DNA of 64,000 bases from Chthoniobacteraceae bacterium (lineage in GTDB: Bacteria; Verrucomicrobiota; Verrucomicrobiia; Chthoniobacterales; Chthoniobacteraceae). The translations under genes were made by a program, and so were the position numbers. Below, in pieces: positions 41,701 to 52,181 of the stretch; positions within the stretch are counted from its first letter, which is position 1, and every line of letters starts with the position of its first letter. The DNA is taken from assembly GCA_031409655.1 (NCBI GenBank), contig JANNXQ010000029.1:1-64000 (forward strand). The letters run 5' to 3'. Below the pieces are notes generated by a model. It was not told the DNA's origin and did not search any database. It worked only from the letters and a program-made list of their open reading frames with translations.

Positions 41701-42419
41701 TCGATCACTTTTTGATTGCGCCGTTGCGCCGAGCAGTCGCGCTCTCCCAAGGCCAGCACGCGTCCTTTCCCATCGCCAAAGATCTGCACCTCAATGTGCC
41801 GGGCCAGCGCCACGAACTTCTCCACGAAGATCCCGGACTCCTTGAAGTTTGTGCGACTTAACCGCTCCACGCCGGCAAAGGCCTCCACAACCTCTGCTCC
41901 GGTCCAGCACACCCGCATCCCGATTCCACCTCCACCGGCGGTGCTCTTCAGCATCACCGGAAAGCCAATGCGGCCGGCGGCCTCCGCCGCCGCCTCCGCG
42001 GTGCCAAGCAAGCCGGTGCCTGGACACAGCGGCACGCCATGTTCCTCCGCGATCGCCCGCGCCGTGTGCTTGAGGCCGAAGCGACGCATCTGCCCGGGCG
42101 TCGGGCCGATGAAGGCCAGCCCCGCGCTTTCACAAGCCTCGGCAAAGTCCGCGTTTTCGCTCAAGAATCCGTAGCCTGGATGAATCGCTTGCGCCCCGGT
42201 CTGGCGTGCAACCTCCAGTAACTTATCGACCTTCAAGTAACTCTCCGCGACTGGAGCCGGGCCGAGGAGGATGGCCTCATCCGCATCCACGACATGCAGC
42301 GAGTGCGCGTCGGCTTCCGAATACACCGCGACGCTGCCCACGCCGAGCTTCTTGAGCGTCCGCGTGATCCGACGGGAGATGACGCCGCGGTTGGCGATGA
42401 GGACCTTCTTGAACATCAT
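38736..42419 (-). CDS. uca: Urea carboxylase family enzyme, probably guanidine carboxylase
   Basis: Biotin carboxylase ([14 protein letters not shown]), [27 protein letters not shown], biotin site ESMKME. Confidence 0.95.
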   Translation of the reverse strand: MMFKKVLIANRGVISRRITRTLKKLGVGSVAVYSEADAHSLHVVDADEAILLGPAPVAESYLKVDKLLEVARQTGAQAIHPGYGFLSENADFAEACESAGLAFIGPTPGQMRRFGLKHTARAIAEEHGVPLCPGTGLLGTAEAAAEAAGRIGFPVMLKSTAGGGGIGMRVCWTGAEVVEAFAGVERLSRTNFKESGIFVEKFVALARHIEVQIFGDGKGRVLALGERDCSAQRRNQKVIEETPAPGLSEKQRAGLFDAAIKLGEAVQYRSAGTVEFVFDAETGAYYFLEVNTRLQVEHGVTEEVTGVDLVEWMVRLAAGDTSLMDAYEDRRRGHSIQVRIYAEDANKNFQPSCGTLTEVCFHQDARCETWVEDGTVVTPYYDPMLAKIIVHAPDRDEAIVRMQAALVGTSFGGIESNVEYLRQIIATREFAEGRILTKSLGDFQYAPRSIDVLDAGAQTTVQDYPGRVGYWNVGVPPSGPMDALAFRFANRLVNNPESAAGLEIMMTGPTLRFNSATEIAITGANMQAEINGLRVSRWTAIAVDAGDVLRMRGIDGAGARAYLAVRGGLSVPRYLGSRATFTLGNFGGHGGRALRLGDVLHLGVSDAASARGSMLPNGLLPTYRRDWEIGVIYGPHGAPDFFTEADIEMLFATEWKIHFNSNRTGVRLIGPKPQWARTDGGEAGLHPSNIHDNAYAVGAIDFTGDMPIILGPDGPSLGGFVCPACIAEAELWKVGQLRPGDTVRFRRMSLAEATRLELEQDRAVEALADLSDSRWNAIVDLRESSPARRSDEARARLGVSFASTVDENADAVHYRLPEEPGQVAVCYRRASDKYLLVEYGPLVLDLALRFRVHALMQWLEVNPVPGILDLTPGIRSLQIHFDSRRLPLSELMETLLHAESQLPNVDQIEVPSRIVHLPLSWDDPSTRLAIEKYTQTVRADAPWCPSNIEFIRRINGLTSIEDVQRIVFDASYLVLGLGDVYLGAPVATPLDPRHRLVTTKYNPARTWTPQNAVGIGGAYMCVYGMEGPGGYQFVGRTVQVWNTYRTTRDFAPGKPWLLRFFDQVRFYPVTAAELDRQRDDFLTGKFKLRVEEQTFRLKDYQSFLDANAESIAAFRSQQRTAFAEERERWAAAGQNVTEVEPEAEGATEAVTLPSGGRFVAAHLPGSVWQVVVKEGAVVSAGDKIVILESMKMETEVVAPCAGRIERLLVAPGKTVDAGQALAVLIED

Positions 42420-42422
42420 GGA

Positions 42423-43058
42423 TCAGTCCCAAATCAAAAGCCGCACCGGAGTCGGGTTGTAGCCATTGCAAGGGTTGTTCAATTGAGGGCAATTGGAGAT
42501 CAGGCAGATCACGTCCATCTCGGCGCGCATCTCGACGTAGCGGCCCGGGGCCGAAATGCCGTCCGCAAAACTTAGTCTCCCATCCGCCGTGACCGGCACG
42601 TTCATGAAAAAGTTGATGTTGTGGGTGAGGTCGCGCTTTCCGAGACCGATCTGGCGAGCGCCGAGTAGGAAACTGTCGCGGCACGCGTGCATGGAGCGCT
42701 TCTCGATCGCATAGCGCACCATATTACTCTCACACGCACATGCGCCGCCTAGGGTGTCGTGCCGGCCACAGGTGTCGGCGGTGATGGTGAGAAGTGCGTT
42801 GCCCCTTGTGGAGATCAGCCTGGTCCCCGTGGTCAGGTAGATCGCACCTTGCTCGCGGATGGTATCCTGCGCGCTGTAGCGATCGACTGGATCGCTGGCA
42901 TTGTAAAATAGGGTATCGGCTGCCTGATTGCCTTCGAGGTCTTCGATGCGGAAGGTCTGGCCGCGCTTGATCTCGTGACTCCAGGGATCTCCGGCGGCCA
43001 GCGTAAAATCGTAAAGGGCGTGGGCCGGGTCGAGTTGGCTTTCGATCAAGGTGCTCAT
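42423..43058 (-). CDS. cgdB: Urea-carboxylase-associated DUF1989 protein (carboxyguanidine deiminase subunit)
   Basis: [46 protein letters not shown]. Confidence 0.88.
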   Translation of the reverse strand: MSTLIESQLDPAHALYDFTLAAGDPWSHEIKRGQTFRIEDLEGNQAADTLFYNASDPVDRYSAQDTIREQGAIYLTTGTRLISTRGNALLTITADTCGRHDTLGGACACESNMVRYAIEKRSMHACRDSFLLGARQIGLGKRDLTHNINFFMNVPVTADGRLSFADGISAPGRYVEMRAEMDVICLISNCPQLNNPCNGYNPTPVRLLIWD

Positions 43059-43774
43059 TGGAAGTAACGCTCGGTCAGGGTAAAACCGCGTTGGTTCTCC
43101 GGGCGGAAATTGCGGCAGTAGTCGTCAGGTCCGGGGGGAGGCGACGTCCATACCGTGAGATGCGCCGGCTTCGGTGCGTAAGTTGGGGAAGTATCCAGCG
43201 GGTGGATGCAGGTATTGAGCACGACGAGGGCATTCATCTCCGCCCGCAGATCGACATAGGCGCCGGGTCGGGAGTTGCCGGGCTGGAAGGCCATCCTGCC
43301 CCCCTCATCCACCGTCACCTTGCTGAAGAGATTCACATTCATCGCGAGATCGCGCTCATCCATCCCGTACTTTCCGAGTTCCGTCAGGAAATTGTCGTGC
43401 GCATTACGCTGCCAGTCATTGCGTGCCGCATGGTAAGTCTTTTCACCATACTTTGCCTCGACGATCCTCTCATTTGAAGCACCAGCGAGGGGGTCGTGCC
43501 AGCCGCAAAGGTCGTCCGTGATGGAGACGAGGATGCGACCCATGTCCGTGTAGAGGCAGTGGCCTTTCGTGAGACGGGCGGTGTGCTGACACTTGAGGGT
43601 ATCGGGGAGGTTGAGCCGCTCGGAGAGAAGTTCAAAGTTGTAGAGTAACAACGAGACATTCGCGCCGCCTTCGACGTCGGTGAGCCGCAGGGTGGTGCCC
43701 CGCTTCAAGACATGCGACCAGTTCGCACCTGGCGGGACGACTTCCTCAAAACGGATGAGCGCGGGATCGAGCAT
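43055..43774 (-). CDS. cgdA: Urea-carboxylase-associated DUF1989 protein (carboxyguanidine deiminase subunit)
   Basis: [38 protein letters not shown]. Confidence 0.88.
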   Translation of the reverse strand: MLDPALIRFEEVVPPGANWSHVLKRGTTLRLTDVEGGANVSLLLYNFELLSERLNLPDTLKCQHTARLTKGHCLYTDMGRILVSITDDLCGWHDPLAGASNERIVEAKYGEKTYHAARNDWQRNAHDNFLTELGKYGMDERDLAMNVNLFSKVTVDEGGRMAFQPGNSRPGAYVDLRAEMNALVVLNTCIHPLDTSPTYAPKPAHLTVWTSPPPGPDDYCRNFRPENQRGFTLTERYFQ

Positions 43775-43777
43775 GCG

Positions 43778-44218
43778 TCAGTAGATCGGTGGCAGGATGG
43801 TCGAGGTCACGTTGAGATAGCCGTGTTTGACGCCACGGCAGGTGATGAGTTCGTCCGCGATCCGCTTCAGGCGCAGTCCGGGTCCCTGCACGAGCAGCAC
43901 CTCGAGGCTGTGCTGCCGCTCCAGATGCACGTGCTGCGAGGAGATGATCTCCTTGAGGTGCTTGCGCTGGATCTGCATCAACCGGCTTTGCAGACCATTC
44001 TTCGAGTGGTCGTAGATGAGCGTGATCGTGCCGGCCATGATTTGCCGTCCGAGTTGCTGCTGATATTGCACGAGCTGCTCGCTGATCATTTTCGAAATCG
44101 CCTCCGAGCGACTCGCATACCCCCGGGCCGCGACCATGGCGTCGAGTTCGTCGTAGAGCGTGCCCGGCAAGGAGACGCTGATCCGGCTGGCGGTGGTTTT
44201 CGTTTTAGGGCGCGGCAT
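43778..44218 (-). CDS. NikR-like RHH-ACT transcriptional regulator
   Basis: RISVSLP..L..ELD......GYASRSEAI RHH domain; GTITLIYDH, HVHL, LEV ACT domain. Confidence 0.88.
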   Translation of the reverse strand: MPRPKTKTTASRISVSLPGTLYDELDAMVAARGYASRSEAISKMISEQLVQYQQQLGRQIMAGTITLIYDHSKNGLQSRLMQIQRKHLKEIISSQHVHLERQHSLEVLLVQGPGLRLKRIADELITCRGVKHGYLNVTSTILPPIY

Positions 44219-44273
44219 GAATATGCGAAGCGGCGAGCAGCTACCATGCAGGCTCCAGCAGCGTCGAGAGAAA

Positions 44274-44301
44274 GTATTACGCTTCTTCTATTTCGTGATA
44301 C
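44274..44301. promoter_or_regulatory. NikR-type operator palindrome
   Basis: GTATTA-N16-TGATAC, same spacing as the E. coli NikR site GTATGA-N16-TCATAC. Confidence 0.65.
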
Positions 44302-44454
44302 GGCGGCTGCCGGAAGCGGTCTCGTTTTGCGCATTTGCGCTGCGGTATTTTGCTCAGCGTGCGGGCTTTTTTTGCCTCGCCAAAAACTATCGAGATCAGG
44401 CGTTGAACTATTTTACCAATGGCCGCGCGCGATCCCGGCGCCGAACGAGGGCGA

Positions 44455-44470
44455 TGGCACGGCCTTTGCG
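44455..44470 (+). promoter_or_regulatory. sigma54 -24/-12 promoter
   Basis: TGGCAC-GGCCT-TTGCG matches the consensus TGGCAC-N5-TTGC. Confidence 0.7.
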
Positions 44471-44564
44471 AAAGGCGCGATCGCACATCTCCAGCACCTT
44501 TTGCCAACCGCACAAAAGGTTCCGGAATTTTTGCCACATCATTCCACCAAAACCACCCACCCAC

Positions 44565-45533
44565 ATGAAACTCCGCACGCTGCTCTCCACTCTCCTCGCC
44601 ATAGGCCTCGCGATCCCCGCGTCAGCCGAACCTCTCAAGATCGGTTACTCCGACTGGCTCGGATACACCGTGCTCGAAGTCGCCAAACAGAAAGACTGGT
44701 TCAAGCAAGCCGGCGTCGAAGTCGAGATGGTCTGGTTTGACTATCTGCCTTCGCTCGATGCCTTCTCCGCGGGGAAGATTGACGGCGTCTGCGTGGTCGC
44801 CACTGACGCGCTGGTGAACGGCGCGAATGGCGCGAAGAGCAAGATTATCGCGCTCCTCGATTACAGCGACGGGCAGGACATGATCATCGGCAAGCCCGGG
44901 GTGAATTCGATCAAGGATCTCAAAGGCATGTCGGTCGGTCTTGAAGTGACCCTCGTCGAGCATCTGCTGCTGCTCAAGGCGCTCGAAGCGAATGGCATGA
45001 AGCAAAGCGACGTGAAGATCGTGAACACGCCCACCAACGAAACCCCGCAGACGCTCGCCTCCGGTAAGGTCGGCGCGATCGGCGCGTGGTATCCCGTCTC
45101 CGGTCAGGCGTTGAAAGCGGTCGCCGGATCGAAGCCGCTCTTCACCAGCGCCGAAGCGAAAGGGCTGATCTACGATGTGCTCGCGGTGAACCCAACCTCC
45201 TACGCCAAGCGCAAGGACGACTGGGCCAAGGTTGTGGCGACTTATTACAAGTGCGTCGATTACGTCCTCGACCCGAAGACCCGCGACGACGCGGCGAAGA
45301 TCATGGCTGCGAAAGTGGGCGCGGATGTCGCCGAGTACACGAAGGCCCTGCCCGGCTGCCACTTCCTGACGCTCGCGGAAGCGAAGACCGCCTTCAAGAA
45401 AGGCCCCGGGCTCGATTCGATCTACGGCTCGATGGCGGTCGGCAATAAGTTCAACCTCGATAACAAGGTGTACAAGGTCTCGCAGAAGCCAGAGAGCTAC
45501 CTTGTGCCAGGAATCGTCGAGGGACTGAAGTAG
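44565..45533 (+). CDS. ABC transporter substrate-binding protein (SsuA/TauA/NMT1-like)
   Basis: Signal peptide, KIGYSDW.G, DY..SLDAF.AGKID, DYSDG.D, SIKDLKG. Confidence 0.88.
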   Translation: MKLRTLLSTLLAIGLAIPASAEPLKIGYSDWLGYTVLEVAKQKDWFKQAGVEVEMVWFDYLPSLDAFSAGKIDGVCVVATDALVNGANGAKSKIIALLDYSDGQDMIIGKPGVNSIKDLKGMSVGLEVTLVEHLLLLKALEANGMKQSDVKIVNTPTNETPQTLASGKVGAIGAWYPVSGQALKAVAGSKPLFTSAEAKGLIYDVLAVNPTSYAKRKDDWAKVVATYYKCVDYVLDPKTRDDAAKIMAAKVGADVAEYTKALPGCHFLTLAEAKTAFKKGPGLDSIYGSMAVGNKFNLDNKVYKVSQKPESYLVPGIVEGLK

Positions 45534-45537
45534 TTCG

Positions 45538-46911
45538 ATGTCTGCGCCTGCGCACATCGTCACCGACCTCCCCTCGCTCAAGGCTGAACTGCTGGCCAAG
45601 GGCGTGAAGTATTGCCTCGGCGCGTATGTGGACATCCACGGCGTGCCGAAGGGGAAGGTCGTGCCGGTCGCGCACTTCGAGGACTTCGCGCGCGGCTCGG
45701 AACTCTACACCGGTTACGCGCTGGACGGGCTCGGTCAGTCGCCGAATGACGACGAGCTCGCCAGCGTGCCCGATCTCACGCGCGGTGTGCAGCTCCCGTG
45801 GCAACCGGAGGTGATGTGGTATCCCGCCGACCTCACGTTTCACGGCCAGCCTTACGAGGTGAGCACGCGGGTGGTCTTCGGACGGGTGCTCAAGCAGGCG
45901 GCGAAACTGGGCTACGGCTTCAATCTCGGCATCGAGTGTGAGGTCTATTTCCTCAAGCTCGACGGCGGGAAACTCTCGGTGCCCAACCCCGACGACGACT
46001 TGATGAAGAGCTGCTACGACGTGAAGCGCTTCCTCGACGTGTATGGCCTCGTCGATCGGCTCGCGACGACGATCAACGGCCTCGGCTGGGATTTGTATTC
46101 GCTCGATCACGAGGACGGGAACTCGCAGTTCGAGTTCGATTTCAAATACGCCGACGGGATGACGATGGCGGATCGCTACGTCTTCTTCCGCATGATGGCG
46201 AAGAAGTACGCCGCCGATGAAGGACTGATCGCGACGTTCATGCCGAAGCCCTTCGCGGATAAGACGGGCAACGGCGCGCACTTCAACATGTCGCTCGCCG
46301 ATCTTGTGAGCGGCGAGAATCTCTTCCGCACCGCAGCGGGTGCGGAGGATATGTATGGCCTCGGTCTCACGCCCCTCGGCTATAGCTTCATCGCGGGCAT
46401 CCTGCGGCGGGGCCGCGCGCTCTGCGCCGCCTTTGCTCCGACGGTGAATAGTTACAAGCGGCTCATCCGCCGCGGTGCGATGGGTTACTACTCGTGGGCC
46501 CCGGTCTTCAATTCCTTCGGTACGAACAACCGCACCAACTCAGTGCGCGTGCCGATGGGCGGCGGGCGCTGTGAATCGCGCAACGCCGACAGCGCGTGCA
46601 ACCCCTATCTCGCCGGCGCGCTCGTGCTCGCCGCCGGACTCGAAGGCGTGCGCGAGAGCCTCGATCCCGGAGCGCCGCAGACGGAGAATCTCTACGAATT
46701 CACCGACGCCCAACTCTCCGAGCGGGGCGTGCAGCCTCTGCCGAAGACGCTCGGTGAGGCGGTGCAGGCTTTCGAGGACGACCCGTTCACCGAGCAGGTG
46801 CTGGGCAGCGCGCTAAAGCAGGAGTTCATCACTTACAAGCGCGCCGAGTGGGAGGAGTATCACCAGACCGTGAGCCAGTGGGAGATCGACAGGTATGCGC
46901 GGCTTTACTGA
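45538..46911 (+). CDS. glnT: GlnT/GmaS-like glutamine synthetase family ligase
   Basis: [51 protein letters not shown]. Confidence 0.85.
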   Translation: MSAPAHIVTDLPSLKAELLAKGVKYCLGAYVDIHGVPKGKVVPVAHFEDFARGSELYTGYALDGLGQSPNDDELASVPDLTRGVQLPWQPEVMWYPADLTFHGQPYEVSTRVVFGRVLKQAAKLGYGFNLGIECEVYFLKLDGGKLSVPNPDDDLMKSCYDVKRFLDVYGLVDRLATTINGLGWDLYSLDHEDGNSQFEFDFKYADGMTMADRYVFFRMMAKKYAADEGLIATFMPKPFADKTGNGAHFNMSLADLVSGENLFRTAAGAEDMYGLGLTPLGYSFIAGILRRGRALCAAFAPTVNSYKRLIRRGAMGYYSWAPVFNSFGTNNRTNSVRVPMGGGRCESRNADSACNPYLAGALVLAAGLEGVRESLDPGAPQTENLYEFTDAQLSERGVQPLPKTLGEAVQAFEDDPFTEQVLGSALKQEFITYKRAEWEEYHQTVSQWEIDRYARLY

Positions 46912-46914
46912 CCC

Positions 46915-47295
46915 ATGACGATGACCTCCACGCCGACCAATCTTGCGGACTACGAGGCGATCGCGGCCACGGTCCAGAAGTACCTCGACGGTGCGAAGAC
47001 GGGTGACAGCAGCGTGATGCGCGCCGCTTTTCATCCCGATGCGCAGATCTTCGGCTGGTTCCGCGGTGAGCCGTTCAATGGCCCGATCCAGATGCTTTTC
47101 GATTGGGACGACCAGAACGGTCCCGCGCCCGACGTGCAGACGAAGATCACATCGATCGATCTCGCGGAGACCGTCGCGGCGGTGCGCCTGGAGATCGAGA
47201 ACTGGACCGGCTACCGCTTCACGGACTTCTTCACCCTTCTGAAGTGCGACGGGGTGTGGCAGATCACGAACAAGGTCTTTCACCTCCACAACTGA
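46915..47295 (+). CDS. NTF2-like (lumazine-binding-like) protein
   Basis: I..TVQ.Y.DG...GD...M..AFHPDA, FTDFFTLLK.DG.W.I.NKVF. Confidence 0.82.
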   Translation: MTMTSTPTNLADYEAIAATVQKYLDGAKTGDSSVMRAAFHPDAQIFGWFRGEPFNGPIQMLFDWDDQNGPAPDVQTKITSIDLAETVAAVRLEIENWTGYRFTDFFTLLKCDGVWQITNKVFHLHN

Positions 47296-47296
47296 C

Positions 47297-48061
47297 GTGA
47301 ACGCGCCCGTGCTTCTCGAAAACCTCACGTGGCCCGACCTGCAACGCACGCTTGACGATGTGCTCCTGCTCCCGGTCGGCGCGACCGAGCAACACGGCCC
47401 GCATCTTCCGCTGAATACCGACACGCTCATCGCCAACGCCGCGTGCCACTTCGCCAGCGCGCAGACGGGCGCGCCCGTGCTGCCGGCGCTGAGTTACACG
47501 GTGTCGCTCGGCCACACGGAGAAATGGCCGGGGACCTTCGCGGTCATGCACGAGACGCTGATGCACACCGTGCGCGAGATTGCGCAGTGGGCCGTCGCGA
47601 GCGGCTGGAAGCGGTTGCTCATCGTGAATTCGCACTTCGGCAACGACGCCCCGCTGCGCTGCGCTGTGGATCGGCTGCGCTTCGATTTCGTCGGCAAGCT
47701 GCTCGTTGCCGTGCGGAATACCTGGGCGCTCACCCAGAGCATCGCCGCGCAGTTCACGCACGATGCCGCCGACTGGCACGCGAATGAAGCCGAGACCTCG
47801 CTCCTGCTCCACCTCGCGCCGCATCTCGTCCGCACCGAGCGCATCGCCGACGATCCCGATCGCACGAGCGGCTGCGTTTTCCCGCACCTCGTCGCGCACA
47901 CCAGTGCGAACGGCGTCACCGGTCGTCCGAGCGAAGCCACCGCCGAGCGCGGCGCATCGCTCCTGCGCGAGATCGGTGACGCCCTCGCCGCGCTGATCGA
48001 ACGCGCCCGCACTGAAGAACCGCCGCTCGCCTGGAGCCGCACCACGACCGCTTTTGCATGA
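47297..48061 (+). CDS. Creatininase-family amidohydrolase
   Basis: LPVGATEQHGPHLPL.TD, GH...PGT, NSHFGN, HANEAETS. Confidence 0.92.
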   Translation: MNAPVLLENLTWPDLQRTLDDVLLLPVGATEQHGPHLPLNTDTLIANAACHFASAQTGAPVLPALSYTVSLGHTEKWPGTFAVMHETLMHTVREIAQWAVASGWKRLLIVNSHFGNDAPLRCAVDRLRFDFVGKLLVAVRNTWALTQSIAAQFTHDAADWHANEAETSLLLHLAPHLVRTERIADDPDRTSGCVFPHLVAHTSANGVTGRPSEATAERGASLLREIGDALAALIERARTEEPPLAWSRTTTAFA

Positions 48062-49134
48062 CTCGGAATAGCGACTGGCTCGGACTGAAAAGTGAACTCC
48101 CGCCGCGGCGGCGCTTCGTTCTCGCCGCGCTTTCCTTCCTCCTGCCGCTCGCGCTGTGGTGCGCGGTGAGTTACATCCCGTGGCTGTGGCATCCGAATGT
48201 GCGCATCACCGCGCCGGGCGACGTGGACTACTTTGTCGAGGATATGGAATTGCCGCGCGCGGATTTTCAGCGCGAGCTGGAGACCGTCCGCGCTGCTGGC
48301 GGCACGCTGCCCGAGGGTGAACGCGTGAACCCGGTCTATCTTCCCGCGCCGCACAAAGTCGCGCGCGCCTTCTCCACCGCCTTCACCACCGAGCCGCGCC
48401 TGCCGAATGAACCGTGGCTGCACGAAAGTCTGCTCCACAGCATCCGCACGATCATGTGGGGCTTCGTGCTTTCATCGCTCATCGGCGTGCCGCTCGGCAT
48501 CCTCTGCGGCACCTATCGTTTCATCTCCCGCTTGCAGGAGCCGTTCGTGGAATTTTTCCGTTACCTGCCCGCGCCCGCTTTCGGTGCTTTGTGCGTCGCC
48601 ATCCTCGGCATCGATGACGGACCGAAGATCGCGATCATCGTCATCGGCACCTTCTTCCAGCAGGTGCTGGTGATCGGCAACACCGTGCGCAAGGTCGATC
48701 CCGCGCTCATCGAAGCCGCGCAGACCCTCGGCGCGCGGGGCTGGAAACTCGTGCGCCGCGTCGTCATCCCCGCGTCGATCAGCGACATCTACACCGATAT
48801 GCGCATCCTGCTCGGTTGGGCGTGGACTTACCTCATCGTCGCGGAAGTTGTCGGCACGATGAGCGGCATCACCTTCTTCATCAATCAGCAGGCGCGTTAC
48901 CGGAACTTCGACAACGTCTATGCCGCGATCTTTATGATCGGCATCATCGGCCTGACCACCGACATCCTGCTAGCAGCGCTCGGCAAGGTCATCTTCCCGT
49001 GGAAACGCCGCGGGGCGCGTGGGCGGAAAACTTTCCTCGAATGGATGCAGGAACCCGGCTCCGCGTGGCGGAAGGAACCGCCGAACCCACGCGCCGCTGC
49101 CGCTGCCGCCGCGGCGGCGCTTGCCAAGACCTGA
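48058..49134 (+). CDS. ABC transporter permease (SsuC/TauC-like)
   Basis: RYLPAPAF, LIEAAQTLGA EAA loop, GWAWTYLIVAE. Confidence 0.9.
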   Translation: MTRNSDWLGLKSELPPRRRFVLAALSFLLPLALWCAVSYIPWLWHPNVRITAPGDVDYFVEDMELPRADFQRELETVRAAGGTLPEGERVNPVYLPAPHKVARAFSTAFTTEPRLPNEPWLHESLLHSIRTIMWGFVLSSLIGVPLGILCGTYRFISRLQEPFVEFFRYLPAPAFGALCVAILGIDDGPKIAIIVIGTFFQQVLVIGNTVRKVDPALIEAAQTLGARGWKLVRRVVIPASISDIYTDMRILLGWAWTYLIVAEVVGTMSGITFFINQQARYRNFDNVYAAIFMIGIIGLTTDILLAALGKVIFPWKRRGARGRKTFLEWMQEPGSAWRKEPPNPRAAAAAAAAALAKT

Positions 49135-49143
49135 CCCATCGCC

Positions 49144-50043
49144 ATGAGCACCCTCGCCCTTCCCGACTACCGCGCGCAGGCACCCGAAGTCGCGGCGCGC
49201 TTTGCGAAAATCCGCCAGCGTCCGGTCGTGCTCAGCGTGAAGAGTCTGCGCAAAGACTTCGGCACGAATGGCAGCAGGCACACCGTCTTCGATCAGGTCT
49301 CGCTCGACATTCATCGGCGGGAATTCGTCACCATCATCGGCCCGAGCGGGTGCGGAAAATCCACCTTCATCCGCATCGTTGCCGGCCTCGACGAATCGAC
49401 CGGCGGCGAAATCCTGCTCGATGGCCGGCCGATCCACGGGCCCGGTCCGGATCGCGGCATGGTCTTCCAAGGCTACACCCTCTTCCCGTGGCGCACGGTG
49501 AAGCAGAACGTGATGTTCGGCCTCGAGATGCGCGGCAAGGACACCGGCACCGCCGACGCCGAAGCGCGGCAATGGCTCGAGATGGTCGGCCTGACGCGCG
49601 TCGAAAATTCCTATCCGCACGAACTCAGCGGCGGCATGAAGCAGCGTGTCGCCATCGCCCGCGCGCTCGCGAACGAACCGCGCATCCTCATCATGGACGA
49701 ACCCTTCGGCGCGCTCGACGCCCTCACGCGTTGCAAGATGCAGAGCTACCTCATCCAGATCTGGAAGAAGGTCGATGTGACGATCCTCTTCATCACCCAC
49801 GACCTCGACGAAGCGGTGCTCCTCTCCGATCGCATCATGGTCCTCGGGGTGAATCCCGGGGGCGTGCGCGAGGTCCTGGAGAATCCCGTGCCGCGCCCGC
49901 GCGGCATCGAGCAGATGCTCACGCCGGAATTCCTCTCGGTGAAACATCGCCTCGACGAACTCATCCACGGCCCGGTGTCCGAGCAGGAGGAAGAAAAACT
50001 GCCCGTCATCAAACTCACGGAGGCTGGAGATGAGGTCGAGTGA
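49144..50043 (+). CDS. ABC transporter ATP-binding protein (SsuB/TauB-like)
   Basis: GPSGCGKST, LFPW.TV, LSGGMKQR, DEPFGALD, THDLDEA. Confidence 0.93.
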   Translation: MSTLALPDYRAQAPEVAARFAKIRQRPVVLSVKSLRKDFGTNGSRHTVFDQVSLDIHRREFVTIIGPSGCGKSTFIRIVAGLDESTGGEILLDGRPIHGPGPDRGMVFQGYTLFPWRTVKQNVMFGLEMRGKDTGTADAEARQWLEMVGLTRVENSYPHELSGGMKQRVAIARALANEPRILIMDEPFGALDALTRCKMQSYLIQIWKKVDVTILFITHDLDEAVLLSDRIMVLGVNPGGVREVLENPVPRPRGIEQMLTPEFLSVKHRLDELIHGPVSEQEEEKLPVIKLTEAGDEVE

Positions 50044-50143
50044 CGCGCCCTTCATGCCCGAGCCGCGCTTCGTGTGGCCCGAGAACCAGCGCTGCGCCGC
50101 GATGCTTTGCTTCGACCACTCCACTTTGCAACCCGCCTGAGCC

Positions 50144-51469
50144 ATGCCCGTCATTGACGAACCTCAAGTCCGCGCCGCGTGCGATCTGCACTTCCGTGCG
50201 CATCCCGTTGCGAGTCCCGACGCCGATGCCGCGGCGCTGCCCGGACTGCTGGCGGAAATCCAGGCGACCGCCGACCGGCCGCTCGCGGAGAGCCGCACGC
50301 TGCCCGCCGGCGCTTACACCAGCGAGGCCTTCTATCGTTGGGAAGAGCAGCACGTCTTCCGCGCCGGATGGCAGTGCGTCGCGCATGTTTCCCAGCTCGC
50401 GGCGATCGGCGATTTCCTCACGCTCGATCTGCTCGGCGAGCCGCTCGCCGTCGTGCGCGACAAGGACGACCGCATCCGCGTGCTCTCGCGCGCCTGCCCG
50501 CATCGCGGCATGGACATCATGCCGCCGGGCTTCGGCCACACGCCCGCCGAGTCGCGTGAAGGCGCGCCCGGCAGCGGCCACACGCGGCTTTTCCTCTGCC
50601 CGTATCATTCGTGGACCTTCGAGCTCGATGGCCGGCTGAAGGCGTGCCCCGAGATGCAGCAGGCGGACGGCTTCCAGCGCGCGGAGTGGGGCCTGCGCGA
50701 ATTCCGCAGCTCCGTCTGGCACGGGTTCGTCTTTGTGAATCTCGACGGCGACGCGCCGCAGACGCCCGCGGAGCAATGGAGCGGGTTTGATCCGCAGCTC
50801 GCAAAGTGGAGCGCGCAGGATCTGGTGGTCGTCGATGCGCGCGAGTGGGCATGTCCCTTCAACTGGAAAGTCATCACCGAGAATTTCATGGAGTCGTATC
50901 ACCACGTCGGTGCCCATGCGCAGTCGCTCCAGCCGCTCATGCCCGCACGCGGCACCTGGACGGAAGAGGAGCGCGCGCACTTCATCCGCGCGCATCTGCC
51001 TTACGGCGACAAGCAGCGGGCCGTGATCGCCGCGGGTGAACCGTCGGACGTCTTTCCGCTCATCCCCGGCCTGGACGAACGCGACCGCCACGAGTGGGGC
51101 CTCACGCTCGGCGCTCCGCACTGGCTCCTCGCATACGTGCCCGATTGCCTCATCTGGTATCGCCTCCAACCAGAGGGGCCGCACCGCCACACGCTCCTCA
51201 CCACACTGCTCGTGCCGCGCGCAGTCACGGAGCGCGCCGACTTCGCCGAGCGGCTCGCGCGCGGCACCGCGGCGAGCGTCGGCTTTCATCTCGAAGACAT
51301 GGAGATGTGTGTCGGCGTGCAGCGCAGCTACTACGCGAGCGGCTACCAGCGCGGGCGGCTCAGCCATCTCGAAATGCCGATCTGGCTCTTCCACCGCTAC
51401 CTCGCCGCGCGGACCCGCGGCACCTGGCCGACGCTCGACCGTCCTGCCGCGCCTTCCCAACGGCCGTGA
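50144..51469 (+). CDS. Rieske non-heme iron oxygenase alpha subunit
   Basis: CPHRG...CPYHSW Rieske ligands; NWK...ENFMESYHHVGAH and ED...C..VQ mononuclear Fe site. Confidence 0.92.
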   Translation: MPVIDEPQVRAACDLHFRAHPVASPDADAAALPGLLAEIQATADRPLAESRTLPAGAYTSEAFYRWEEQHVFRAGWQCVAHVSQLAAIGDFLTLDLLGEPLAVVRDKDDRIRVLSRACPHRGMDIMPPGFGHTPAESREGAPGSGHTRLFLCPYHSWTFELDGRLKACPEMQQADGFQRAEWGLREFRSSVWHGFVFVNLDGDAPQTPAEQWSGFDPQLAKWSAQDLVVVDAREWACPFNWKVITENFMESYHHVGAHAQSLQPLMPARGTWTEEERAHFIRAHLPYGDKQRAVIAAGEPSDVFPLIPGLDERDRHEWGLTLGAPHWLLAYVPDCLIWYRLQPEGPHRHTLLTTLLVPRAVTERADFAERLARGTAASVGFHLEDMEMCVGVQRSYYASGYQRGRLSHLEMPIWLFHRYLAARTRGTWPTLDRPAAPSQRP

Positions 51470-51500
51470 TGTTTTCCCTCGCCGACAAAGTCGCACTAGC

Positions 51501-52181
51501 ATGAGGACGATCGCGAACATCCCTTGCGCCGTCCTGCCGCGTGGCCCGCATCGGGTCGGGACGCGCGGACTCGATCGTTTTGCGAATGCCACCGAGCGGC
51601 CGGTGTATGAAGTCACGCTACCCGCGCCAGTCGCCATCGCGTGCGACCCGGTGACGGAACGCGACCTCCACTGTGCGTCCACCGATCTGCCTGCTGTGAA
51701 CGTGAGCTGGCACGACGCCAATGCTTACTGTGCCTGGCTCGGCGAGCAGACTGGCCACGCGTGGCGGCTGCCCAGCGAAGCCGAGTGGGAGATCGCCTGC
51801 CGCGCCGGCACCGACACGCCTTTCGCCACCGGCGACACGCTCCCGCCTGAAGCCGCGAACTACTACTACAGCGAATCCGGCGAGCGCATCGGCCCCGGTC
51901 GCCGCACGCCCGTCGGCAGCTTCGCGCCGAACGCCTGGGGCCTGCGCGACCTGCACGGCAATGTCGCCGAGTGGTGCGCGGACGCGTGGCATTCATCCCA
52001 CGAAGGCGCAGCGACCGATGGTGATCCGCGGCGAGGCGAGAAAAAGGTCGCGCGGGTGATTCGCGGCGGTTCCTGGGATCTTCTACCGCGGCTTCTTCGC
52101 AGCTCGAGCCGCGACGCGCTCCCGCCCGAGACGCGCCGCGACAACCTCGGCTTCCGTCTTGCGCTCACCTTGGCGGAATGA
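51501..52181 (+). CDS. FGE/SUMF1-like domain protein
   Basis: VSWHDA..YC.WL, RLPSEAEWE.ACRAG, PNAWGL.DLHGNVAEW, RGGSW, GFR; lacks the catalytic cysteines. Confidence 0.85.
   Translation: MRTIANIPCAVLPRGPHRVGTRGLDRFANATERPVYEVTLPAPVAIACDPVTERDLHCASTDLPAVNVSWHDANAYCAWLGEQTGHAWRLPSEAEWEIACRAGTDTPFATGDTLPPEAANYYYSESGERIGPGRRTPVGSFAPNAWGLRDLHGNVAEWCADAWHSSHEGAATDGDPRRGEKKVARVIRGGSWDLLPRLLRSSSRDALPPETRRDNLGFRLALTLAE

Noticed and set aside
44219..44564. Guanidine riboswitch upstream of the carboxylase or ABC operons
   Set aside because: No ykkC-type, paired ACGR-loop or ykkC-III motifs seen on either strand by eye; an Infernal scan is needed to exclude one formally
44160..44564. 135-aa N-terminal extension of the binding protein
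   Set aside because: Overlaps the divergent gene and promoter sites; the signal peptide starts at ATG 44565
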